The notes beneath the pieces are model-generated. The model was not told the DNA's origin. It was given only the letters and a program-made list of their open reading frames with translations, and ran no database searches. Positions 1 through 7,643 of a stretch of DNA of 42,384 nt are shown here, piece by piece. Positions within the stretch are counted from its first letter, which is position 1, and every line of letters starts with the position of its first letter. Position numbers and translations under genes: made by a program. Source of the stretch: a virus. Location: the IMG/VR virus record IMGVR_UViG_3300038318_000271, positions 1-42,384 of that record; one strand, given 5' to 3'.

Positions 1-161
1 GAGGTATGGCTCGGTATCGCTGCGTTCCATGCCTGAGAGTGGCCGCCATAGCATAAAAAATTACTGTACTTGGAGTCTCCATACTCCATCAGACCATAGA
101 GACAATTAGTGCTGTAGTCTCTCAAAAGAGGGTCATCAGGCGGGTCTAGCAGGACCAGGGC
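1..161. repeat. Terminal direct repeat, read as the assembly overlap of a circular genome (identical to 42224..42384)
   Basis: Read by eye: bases 1-161 recur exactly at 42224-42384. The repeat cuts through the 5' end of the integrase ORF, so 1-54 duplicate the integrase N-terminal codons. Confidence 0.9.
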
Positions 162-274
162 GACCCGCTTGCCCGCCCACGATGCCTGCACCCACACCCG
201 GGCGCTTGACCCGGACGCACGCGCGGGGGCCCGAGTCCCGGCTATCGCATCAGAACTTCAAGTAAGAATCCCCC

Positions 275-290
275 CACGCCTATAAAGCGA
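275..290 (+). promoter_or_regulatory. TATA-box-like element upstream of the CRISPR-repeat-like cluster
   Basis: cctataaagcg (tataaa at 281-286) lies about 40 nt upstream of the first repeat-like element and is the only AT-rich box in an otherwise GC-rich spacer. Confidence 0.3.
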
Positions 291-323
291 CACTTTTATC
301 TGGTCGCCCGGCCACCTCTTCAT

Positions 324-354
324 GTCGCACCCCCGCGGGCGCGTGGATTGAAAT
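324..354 (+). CRISPR. Solitary type I-C-like CRISPR repeat unit (no adjacent cognate repeat)
   Basis: GTCGCACCCCCGCGGGCGCGTGGATTGAAAT shares the GTCGCAC...GCGTGGATTGAAAT ends of canonical I-C repeats (recalled from memory). The internal stem GCACCC/GGGCGC has one A-C mismatch. Confidence 0.55.
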
Positions 355-374
355 CATACTCTATTGCCTCAGGA

Positions 375-462
375 CAATTCCCCGGCCTCCGGGGATGAAC
401 CGACATTGTACAACGAAAACGTTGTAAGGTGCGGTTGTTCCCCTCTCTGAGGGGATCCCTCG
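375..462 (+). CRISPR. Two type I-E-like 28-nt hairpin repeats flanking one 32-nt spacer (mini-array or repeat decoy)
   Basis: 375-402 CAATTCCCCGGCCTCCGGGGATGAACCG and 435-462 TTGTTCCCCTCTCTGAGGGGATCCCTCG. The stems show compensatory changes, and the gap 403-434 is exactly 32 nt. Confidence 0.5.
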
Positions 463-514
463 ATTTTAGTACTCGTCCTCCCTACCCACAACTAGTTTCG
501 TCAAGGTTAACCGG

Positions 515-559
515 CAGTTATATATACTTGTATATCCAATAGATATATTATAAGAGGTG
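515..559 (+). promoter_or_regulatory. AT-rich promoter region plus RBS for the plus-strand operon
   Basis: ttatatatacttgtatatccaatagatatattataa contains multiple TATA-like boxes. aggtga lies 9 nt before the ATG at 569. Confidence 0.45.
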
Positions 560-568
560 AACAAAAAC

Positions 569-1096
569 ATGCCTGAAAATTTTGTAGGGAAGATTGAGGA
601 CGGCGCGATGGTCGAGGCCCCTATCTACGAGGCCCACTCTCGCGGCAAGAACTGGATGGCGACGATCGAGGCAGACCCGGCAGCCCCCGGGGGCCTGGCG
701 CGAGAGTTTATCAGGAACGGGCGCGGCCGGTATCTATATATCGTCGGCCCGGAGGTCGTCGGCAAAGCGGTCGAGATCGCTGCCGACTACACGAGCAGCG
801 GAGGTAAGCGCCACCCCAAGCGCTGGTATGGGGTGGTGCGGAACGTGACCGACCGGGAGATCGTAATTGACCGCCACGAGACCTCGGAGCAGGCGATCAG
901 GGCTGCACGGTCTCGCGCGGCGTTCGACGCGCAGATCCGCGACCACTTTGAACATATCAAGCCCGATACCGGAGATGTCTCCGACTACTTCGTCCACGAC
1001 ACCGTTGCCCCTGACCGGGCGGCGCTGGAGGAGGAGCGGGCGCGGCTGCTCGCCCGGGTCGCGGAGATCGACGCGGTGCTCGGAGGCGGGGAGTAA
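569..1096 (+). CDS. Hypothetical protein (first gene of the plus-strand accessory operon)
   Basis: ORF 557..1096. The ATG at 569 is preferred because it is preceded by aggtga. The stop abuts the next ATG (TAAATG). No recognisable motif. Confidence 0.7.
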   Translation: MPENFVGKIEDGAMVEAPIYEAHSRGKNWMATIEADPAAPGGLAREFIRNGRGRYLYIVGPEVVGKAVEIAADYTSSGGKRHPKRWYGVVRNVTDREIVIDRHETSEQAIRAARSRAAFDAQIRDHFEHIKPDTGDVSDYFVHDTVAPDRAALEEERARLLARVAEIDAVLGGGE

Positions 1097-1819
1097 ATGG
1101 GCCCCCTCACCCTCTCCCTCGACTACGACCGCCCGGTCGCGCTCATGGAGCCCGACGGCGACGGACAGCCCCGGAGGATCCTACTCGTCATCGACTGGGC
1201 GAGCGAGACTATCAGCGCCGAGACCCGGGCGCACGACGACAACACCCGATCTGGATACCGCTGGCGCGGTATGGAGGACGCCTACACGCTCCCGCCGCTC
1301 GTGGACGCGACGCAGCTCCGCGAGTGGGTCAAGGAGGAGGTGCTCCCGCGCGCCGCACCGCTCGCTGACGCATACCGGACGGTCTGGGAGGACGTCGAGC
1401 AGTACGGCCGGTTCCCCGGCCACGAGCGGGAGAAGGAGGATTTCGACGCCTGGATGGGGTCACACGAGCCGCCGCTCCACGACGGGGGCCTGTGGCGGGT
1501 CGAGGATTGGCTCTCTGGGGGAGTCACGGAGATCGGCCCCGAGACCACGGATGCCGCGATCGAGTCGCTCGCCGACACGATCGTCGACGAGGCTGCGGCT
1601 GAAAACGTGGTGGTTGTCGCGGGGCGCGAGGCCGTCCGGGCCTACCTCCTCGACTATCGACAGGAGCTCCGCGACGCGATCCCGGAGCCGGACTGCTACC
1701 AGATCCGGGGATACGCTGTGCTGGAGGGCACCGCTAAAAATTTCGGGGGCACGGCGCACGTCACAGTGCCGCGGAAATACTCCGGTAAGCGGGTCAAGAT
1801 CGTAGTGCTGGAACCCTGA
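1097..1819 (+). CDS. Hypothetical protein with a C-terminal DUF2080/AbrB-like swapped-hairpin motif
   Basis: The C-terminus GGTAHVTVPRKYSGKRVKIVVLEP matches the G-x-x-x-x-V-x-V-P-x-K-W/Y-x-G-K-x-V-K-V pattern of archaeal DUF2080 proteins (from memory). Confidence 0.7.
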   Translation: MGPLTLSLDYDRPVALMEPDGDGQPRRILLVIDWASETISAETRAHDDNTRSGYRWRGMEDAYTLPPLVDATQLREWVKEEVLPRAAPLADAYRTVWEDVEQYGRFPGHEREKEDFDAWMGSHEPPLHDGGLWRVEDWLSGGVTEIGPETTDAAIESLADTIVDEAAAENVVVVAGREAVRAYLLDYRQELRDAIPEPDCYQIRGYAVLEGTAKNFGGTAHVTVPRKYSGKRVKIVVLEP

Positions 1820-1894
1820 GACTTCCGGCAAATTTGCCGGAAGGTCTTACCCGCGAGAGATTAAATTTATCATCTACGACGACGGAGTAATATC

Positions 1895-2131
1895 ATGAAA
1901 CGGGAGAACGAAGCGAGGCCGGAACCGACGATCGAAACCGCCGCCTCCGCGCTGAGGGCGTCGCTCCTCGCCTCCGCTGATTTGCTCAAACGGCAGAGAA
2001 CCGCCAGACCAGGGGAAGAGCGCATCGCATCCGAATATTCCGAGGGCTACAATCAGGGATATGAGGATGCCTTCCGAGACGCAGCAGAGTTGGTGAAAAC
2101 GTTCGCCAAAGAAAATTGTTCGAACCACTAA
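1895..2131 (+). CDS. Hypothetical small protein
   Basis: 78-aa ORF, last gene of the plus-strand block, convergent with the minus-strand lipoprotein gene. Confidence 0.5.
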   Translation: MKRENEARPEPTIETAASALRASLLASADLLKRQRTARPGEERIASEYSEGYNQGYEDAFRDAAELVKTFAKENCSNH

Positions 2132-2177
2132 TCCCACATTAACATCTATAGATGGCGGTTTAATCCGTTTTTCTCGT

Positions 2178-2555
2178 CTACTTTTTGAGCCCGATAATCC
2201 CGGCAGTCCCAGCGGCGCCACCATCATGATCGATTTTGACCATGAGTTTATCGTACGCGGCCCTGTCCTTGATCTGCTTTTGTTCCTGGCCGAATCCATC
2301 GGCGTAGCGCCACCACTCCCCCGTGGCCGCGTTTTTGCGGACCGCGTCGACCGCGTACTGGTCGGTGTCGCGGTCGTACCAGACGATCACGTGCGCCCCC
2401 GAATCCGGCGCCGCCGCAGGTGCCACGATATCGCCCCGGTCAAACGTGTTTGGTCCGGAGGAAGTACATCCGGCCGTCACCACGACGAGCAGCACGGCCC
2501 CGATCACCGCGCCGATGCGCGCCGGGGTCCAGAAAGATGATTGAGCATCAGTCAT
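2178..2555 (-). CDS. Putative lipoprotein or membrane-anchored protein
   Basis: N-terminal hydrophobic helix IGAVIGAVLLVVVTAGC ends in a lipobox-like TAGC. Confidence 0.65.
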   Translation of the reverse strand: MTDAQSSFWTPARIGAVIGAVLLVVVTAGCTSSGPNTFDRGDIVAPAAAPDSGAHVIVWYDRDTDQYAVDAVRKNAATGEWWRYADGFGQEQKQIKDRAAYDKLMVKIDHDGGAAGTAGIIGLKK

Positions 2556-2588
2556 GTGAGAGAATAGGGGGAGGAGGTATTTATAGGG

Positions 2589-3767
2589 TTACCATGCGCC
2601 GGTCTCCGCGAACACTTTGTACGCAGGGATATCGGCTTTCCGGGCGGATTTGACCTCCATCTTTGTTATCGTGACTGGATTGTTGCGCCCATCACCACCA
2701 TAAGTCGCTTTTATGACGATGGTGTCTCCCGCTTTACCCCCGCCAGTTGTATCAAATGTTTTATATAAATCTTGATATGCATTCATACTCCCCGTTCCAA
2801 TTTGCACCCCGTTCCGCTCTACAACAAACTCGATTCCGATCGTGTAATTAGATGATGTCTTAGTAATCCCAATTCGGAGATTCGAGTCAAATTCAGTCGA
2901 ATAATCTGCTGGGATTGTAAACGACACAAGCGTTTTCGATTCCGTGGAATTGATGACAATGTTGGGGGTAAATGTTTTTCGCACAACGTCTCCTGGGACG
3001 TCAACGAACCCCGTCCGGGCACCGATGTTCCCGGTCTGGTTCTGGAGCGCCCCGATGTTCACGATATCCTGCCCCTGCCAGTTTTTCGGGCCGTCGATAT
3101 TAATATCCGAGATCCCAAATCCCCCGATCTTTGCCGCGAGTTCTGAGTCCACATATCCCTTCCGCGCCGCGTCCGTCGCTGCGCTCGGCACGGGGAGCTC
3201 CGTCAGCGCCTGCCCTTGCATGTTCACCGGGGCGACCACTTCCAACTGTGAGGAGGGCACATAGGCCGGGCACGCCACGCCGCAGAGGGACGCATCCCCC
3301 CGCTCGTCAGTGATCTTCGCGGGTAGGATCAAGGTAGCCCCTGCATCCACCCGGACCTGCGCGAGCGAGAGTTCCCAGGTCTCCGCCGTCCGGGTCAGGG
3401 CCGGCGCGGCGGGCTCCGGGGCAGCGGTCCCGGGCTTCACGACGATATCGATCGTCCGGCCGGGAGAGGCGTTCAGTCGCACGACTACCCGATCGATCCG
3501 GGGGTAGGTCGCGTGGGCCGTCGGCACCGCCAGTGTCAGCGCCGCATCGTTCTCGCAGAACCGGCCCTGCACCATCGCGGTCCCGGTCCCGACCAGGACG
3601 GTCATCGCCGGCGGGTCCGTCACCGTGACGGCCATCTCGTTCCCGTCCTCGTGGACGATCCCGTCCCGGATCTGCTTAGCCATCATCCTGCACAGGAGCG
3701 CCGCGGAATACACCCGGTCGGGGTTCTGCGGATCGCTCACGTCGAAAATGCCAGTGTTCAAGGTCAT
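2589..3767 (-). CDS. Tail fibre / receptor-binding protein (distal)
   Basis: Last gene of the tail operon, ATGA-coupled to the upstream gene. The N-terminal domain is typical of siphovirus fibre/baseplate proteins. The C-terminal ~150 aa are encoded by visibly lower-G+C DNA. Confidence 0.6.
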   Translation of the reverse strand: MTLNTGIFDVSDPQNPDRVYSAALLCRMMAKQIRDGIVHEDGNEMAVTVTDPPAMTVLVGTGTAMVQGRFCENDAALTLAVPTAHATYPRIDRVVVRLNASPGRTIDIVVKPGTAAPEPAAPALTRTAETWELSLAQVRVDAGATLILPAKITDERGDASLCGVACPAYVPSSQLEVVAPVNMQGQALTELPVPSAATDAARKGYVDSELAAKIGGFGISDINIDGPKNWQGQDIVNIGALQNQTGNIGARTGFVDVPGDVVRKTFTPNIVINSTESKTLVSFTIPADYSTEFDSNLRIGITKTSSNYTIGIEFVVERNGVQIGTGSMNAYQDLYKTFDTTGGGKAGDTIVIKATYGGDGRNNPVTITKMEVKSARKADIPAYKVFAETGAW

Positions 3768-5200
3768 CGTCTTGTCTCCGCGTTATCTCGCTTCACGGTC
3801 CGGAGCAGGCTGATTAAGTCTGGCCACTCCTTCCCGAGCCCGAGCACGATCTTGCCGCTCGGATACTGTTCGGTCACGGCGACGATCCGGGCCTGCATCG
3901 TAGCAACGCCCGGATACTCGGCGCTCACGATATCGCCCAAATCAAAATCAGTCATGTAGCGGTAGGTCGGGGTCGGGAGATACTCGACCTCCAGGGTCGT
4001 CGTCTCGCCCCGGTCCGCCAGCAGCTCCTGCCCCCGGGCCGTCAACTCGTCAGTCGTCGCAAGGTCCCGGGCGTCGATGTAGACCTCGCGCCGACTCCAC
4101 CCGGTCGCCGTCCCGACCTCGGTGATCGTCCGGAGGTCTGCCTCTCCCTGCCCGGCCACGATCGCCAGGGTCGGGGCGTCCGAGAGGCAGGCCCGGTAGC
4201 CGGCGATCAGGCAGTTGCCGAGCCTCGGAGAGAGCAGGATCTCGGCGGACCGGTCCGCCCCCTCCAGCGCGTCGAAGAGGATCTCGCCGGTGTCAGGGGA
4301 CCAGAGGATGCCCCACCCGAGCCCGGACTGGAGGGCGATGGATTCCAGGATCTCCGGCAGCGATTGGAACCGGGCCCGGACCTGCACCATCGCCCCTCTG
4401 CCCTGGTCAACCAGCATCAGGTCGAGACCCGGGATCGCCCTGTCTGGGTCGGTCGGATTAACCGCGTTTACCTCGACATAGTGGCGCATGGCCGTCTCCG
4501 CGATGGCGTCGATCTGCTCGTCGTAGCCGGTGCCGGCAGAGACCCCGTGCAGGCAGATCCGGTCTTGCAGGATCGCGCCGAGGTCCCGGCCCGCGACCGT
4601 CCACGACTCTGATATCTCTCCCTCGTCGGTCATCTGCCCTTCGATACTCTCGATGGTGCCGACCAGGTGCCGCCCCCGGCGGGGAAGGGAGATGAACCGG
4701 CCTTCCCGGAGTTCGTCTGCCCCCGTCGCATACCGAGAGATCACGGCCTGCCAGGACCCCGGACCCCGCCACCGCCGCGTCCACTCGACCGCCTCGTAGG
4801 CATCGATCACGGCCTTGAGCACGAGCGTGCTCCCGGACCGCTCGTAGACCCGCAACGGCTCCGGCGGGGTGTCCTCAGGTTCGAGCGCCGGCCCGATCTC
4901 CATCTGGAAGTATCCAGCCGCCGGGAGCGTGGTGGCGGTCCCGTCCCCCCAGAGCAGCCGGACCTGCACATTGTAGGTGCCCGGGTGCACAGTATCCTCC
5001 GGGCCGAACGCACAGAGTAGCGCCCCGGTTGCAGCGTCCTCGACGGTCATCGGCTGCCGAATTTGCCAGCCGGAGTACCGGGCATGTATGGCATACAGCG
5101 TCGCCATCACGCCGGCGAGAGGGAGGGGGTCCGCCCCCCGCGACAGGGTCAATCGGTAGAGTGGCCACGTCCCGGCCTGGGCGATGGTGATGTCGGTCAT
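3764..5200 (-). CDS. Tail-associated structural protein (Sipho_Gp37-like) with an N-terminal Ig-like BppU_N-type domain
   Basis: 478 aa. The motif block RWRGPGSWQ...GRFISLPRRGRHLVGTIESIEG resembles the ReqiPepy6 Gp37-like family (from memory). The N-terminal 110 aa are paralogous to the product of 5197..5529. Confidence 0.6.
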   Translation of the reverse strand: MTDITIAQAGTWPLYRLTLSRGADPLPLAGVMATLYAIHARYSGWQIRQPMTVEDAATGALLCAFGPEDTVHPGTYNVQVRLLWGDGTATTLPAAGYFQMEIGPALEPEDTPPEPLRVYERSGSTLVLKAVIDAYEAVEWTRRWRGPGSWQAVISRYATGADELREGRFISLPRRGRHLVGTIESIEGQMTDEGEISESWTVAGRDLGAILQDRICLHGVSAGTGYDEQIDAIAETAMRHYVEVNAVNPTDPDRAIPGLDLMLVDQGRGAMVQVRARFQSLPEILESIALQSGLGWGILWSPDTGEILFDALEGADRSAEILLSPRLGNCLIAGYRACLSDAPTLAIVAGQGEADLRTITEVGTATGWSRREVYIDARDLATTDELTARGQELLADRGETTTLEVEYLPTPTYRYMTDFDLGDIVSAEYPGVATMQARIVAVTEQYPSGKIVLGLGKEWPDLISLLRTVKRDNAETRR

Positions 5201-5529
5201 GCCAGCGAGTCCTCAATAGTGAGGGAATAATAGCCGGTCGTCGGCAGGACCAGGACGGCGCCGTTGCCGAACGTCACGATGATCTCTGCCTGGCAGATCT
5301 CGCCTCCGTGGAACTCATCGCCCTCCCGGGTGAGTTGGCAGAGGCCAGCGAGCGGGTCAAGGATCTCCAGCGACTTATTGATCACCGTTGCTCCGGTGAA
5401 CCGGGACTTCGCGACCAGGCGCACTTCTGCGCCGGTCAGGACGAGTGGGGTCGTGGGGTTATCCGGCCGGCTCAGCGTGACCTGGTAGATAGGGAGCGTG
5501 CTCCCGCGCTTGAACTGAATGTCTGTCAT
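5197..5529 (-). CDS. Small Ig-like (BppU_N-type) baseplate protein
   Basis: True start is the ATG at 5529 (MTDIQFKRGS...), ATGA-overlapping the upstream stop. The longer track ORF to 5892 is Arg-rich off-frame extension. Confidence 0.65.
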   Translation of the reverse strand: MTDIQFKRGSTLPIYQVTLSRPDNPTTPLVLTGAEVRLVAKSRFTGATVINKSLEILDPLAGLCQLTREGDEFHGGEICQAEIIVTFGNGAVLVLPTTGYYSLTIEDSLA

Positions 5530-6164
5530 ATCGGATACACCTCCGCGAACGTCACCGCGACGCCTCCGGAGACGTCCGGCACTGCATACGACCTCCCTGC
5601 GAGGTAGCCGCCGGCAGCGGCGATCGCCGCCAACCGGTCCGCGGCGACCAGCGGATCTCGCGTGGCCGCCAGGGTAGCCGCGGCCCCTGCAACCGCGCCC
5701 GGGCGAGACTGGAGGGTACCTGGGACGGAGAACCGGGACAGCCCGAACCGCCGGGCCCCGGGCATCACGTATGACGGAGCGGCGGCCAGGTATGCCTGTG
5801 CGTCCAGCAAGACCTCCAGGGGGGCCTCTACTGCGACGGTCCTGGGTGCCGCTGCAAACGAACGTGTGGCGTCCAGAGATCCCCCTCCACATTCGACAGC
5901 AACCCCACGAGATTGCAATGTACCCGGCATGCCATAGCGAGACGGGCCAAACCGCCGCATCCCAGGAATGAGATACGACGGAGCGGCGGCACGGTACGCC
6001 GATGCGTCAACGGCCCCCGAGCCGGGGGCCTCGACCTCAGCATGCCGGCTTGCGGCAACAAACGACCGGGTGGCGTCAACAGTAGCACTCTCGCCTGCAA
6101 CCTCGACGGCGCGAGACTGCCGGGTGCCGGGGGTGGCAAACCCCGCGAGGGTGTACCGCCGCAT
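5526..6164 (-). CDS. Tail/baseplate protein made of three ~68-aa tandem repeats
   Basis: The units (M/A)RR(Y/F)...PGT(R/L)QSR...ATRSF.AA...AY.AAAPSY..PG occur three times. Coupled at both ends. Confidence 0.6.
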   Translation of the reverse strand: MRRYTLAGFATPGTRQSRAVEVAGESATVDATRSFVAASRHAEVEAPGSGAVDASAYRAAAPSYLIPGMRRFGPSRYGMPGTLQSRGVAVECGGGSLDATRSFAAAPRTVAVEAPLEVLLDAQAYLAAAPSYVMPGARRFGLSRFSVPGTLQSRPGAVAGAAATLAATRDPLVAADRLAAIAAAGGYLAGRSYAVPDVSGGVAVTFAEVYPI

Positions 6165-6167
6165 GGC

Positions 6168-6461
6168 TTACACCCCTGCTGCCATCGCCCATCCGAGGAT
6201 CTCGCTTTCTGCCGAAGCCAGGTAGGCTCTCCCGGCGTCCGTGAGGACCTGCCGGGATCCCTGCCGTTCCAGGTACGCCGGTGACGGCAGCGCCCACCAG
6301 ACCACTTTCTCCCGGTATTCATACTCGGGGCGCGTGCCCATCTCGTCCTCGATCTCAACCTGCCGGATATCCCAGCGGCAAAGGATCCTGACGGATCCGT
6401 TCTTGACTACGTCGATACCGATCGCCGTCGGCTCGACGGTGCTTCTAACCAGTTTGGACAT
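6168..6461 (-). CDS. Hypothetical protein (tail module)
   Basis: 97-aa ORF. Its 5' end overlaps the RT 3' end by 55 nt. Confidence 0.5.
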   Translation of the reverse strand: MSKLVRSTVEPTAIGIDVVKNGSVRILCRWDIRQVEIEDEMGTRPEYEYREKVVWWALPSPAYLERQGSRQVLTDAGRAYLASAESEILGWAMAAGV

Positions 6462-7498
6462 TTGATACCCTTCATTTCTACAGCATAGTCAACAGCGGTA
6501 CGGATCGCGGGGTTCTCGTAGAGATACGTCCGCGCAAAGTTGTAACAGTCACAATGTTTCAGCCACCCATGATACGCTCCTAACGAGCCCAGGATCTCGT
6601 CTGGGTTCATTGTCTGGTAGTTCTGCTCAATCTCGCGAACCCGCTTCTTGAGCCGCCGAGCGGAAGATTTTCTGAGGATCGTGTGCGTCCTAAACGAACG
6701 GTACCCGAGGAAGTCTACTCCGCATCGGTCGACCGGAAAGATCGATGTTTTCGGGTTCAACTTGAGCCCGAGCGTGTCGAAGTACTCCTCGATCCGGGGG
6801 AGGAGGTCCTGCAACCACCCCTTATCGCGATGCAGGATCACGCCATCGTCACAGTACCGAATGTAGTATCGCGCCCGAATTTTCTCCTTTAGCCAATGAT
6901 CAAACGGCGTCAGGTACAAGTTGCTGAAGTACTGGCTCAAGTAATTCCCGATCGGGACCCCGGCGTTCGGGGTGCTGTAGATCACGTTTCGGAGGATGCC
7001 GAGTACTCCCGGATCCTTTACGGTCCGTTGCACGATCTCGAATAACTTGTCCGGCCGAATTGATGGATAGAACTTCGATATGTCAAATTTCAGGCAGTAC
7101 CGGGTCTGGTCGGCATTCTTCAGGAACCGGTGGAGCCGATACGAGCCGGCGTGCAGCCCCTTCCCCGGGATCGCAGAGAACAGGCCGTGAATGAACAGCC
7201 GGTCCCAGATCCGCCGCATCACCTGCATGATCGCATGGTGCACGACCCTATCGGGGAGATACGGGAGTTTGAAGATCACCCGCTGCTTCGGTTCGTAGAC
7301 AATTTTCGTCGTGTAAGATGACGTCGTGAACGTCCCGCTGATGAGGGCCTCCTGGAGGTCTAAGAGGTACGGGTCCGGGTCGGCATCAACCATCCGAACA
7401 GCCTCGTAGTGCCCCTTCCCCTTACGGGCGTTCAGGTGCGCCAGGCGGAGGTTCTCTATCGAGACAAGCGTCGAGAAGAGGTTGCCCTGGCGTTTCAT
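6407..7498 (-). CDS. Diversity-generating retroelement reverse transcriptase
   Basis: RT motifs include the DGR-specific PIGNYLSQYFSNLYL (I/LGxxxSQ) and the catalytic YCDD. Lies immediately 3' of the TR. Confidence 0.93.
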   Translation of the reverse strand: MKRQGNLFSTLVSIENLRLAHLNARKGKGHYEAVRMVDADPDPYLLDLQEALISGTFTTSSYTTKIVYEPKQRVIFKLPYLPDRVVHHAIMQVMRRIWDRLFIHGLFSAIPGKGLHAGSYRLHRFLKNADQTRYCLKFDISKFYPSIRPDKLFEIVQRTVKDPGVLGILRNVIYSTPNAGVPIGNYLSQYFSNLYLTPFDHWLKEKIRARYYIRYCDDGVILHRDKGWLQDLLPRIEEYFDTLGLKLNPKTSIFPVDRCGVDFLGYRSFRTHTILRKSSARRLKKRVREIEQNYQTMNPDEILGSLGAYHGWLKHCDCYNFARTYLYENPAIRTAVDYAVEMKGIKCPNWLEAPSSRRRSVST

Positions 7499-7643
7499 GC
7501 CGACCCCCGCAGCCCTGCCGACAGAGGAGAGCGTTCCGCCGCTCTGCAGGTACTAACACCCCTCTGCGGACCGGTTGTGTTTTTGACCCCAGGATGTCCG
7601 GGATTCGGGTCTGTGCGCTGTTCAGGGCCGCCCAGAGGGTAAG

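Noticed and set aside
1-161. Terminal repeat as LTR/ITR of a mobile element or as host flanking DNA
   Set aside because: The repeat is direct and exact and bisects the integrase ORF. This is the signature of a circular contig overlap rather than element ends.
200-262. T-arm-like string gggggcccgagtcccgg, considered as a possible tRNA fragment
   Set aside because: The would-be T-loop lacks the TTC(R)A consensus, no acceptor or anticodon arms can be paired, and no cloverleaf forms on either strand.
300-470. Possibility of a full CRISPR-Cas locus
   Set aside because: No cas genes are present anywhere in the closed genome. There are only three repeat-like units of two types and at most one spacer. 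It was therefore called a mini-array or solitary repeats, not a CRISPR-Cas system.
867-1805. 312-aa plus-strand ORF spanning two called genes
   Set aside because: It is an alternative frame of 569..1096 and 1097..1819. The Arg/Ser/Thr-rich low-complexity composition is typical of off-frame translation in high-G+C DNA.
2589-3767. A second DGR variable region in the distal fibre or elsewhere
   Set aside because: I scanned the ORF translations and sequence by eye for another copy of the TR core (ccggtagccggg / GPGYR) and saw only the single VR at 8138-8256. A computational repeat search would be needed to exclude diverged copies.
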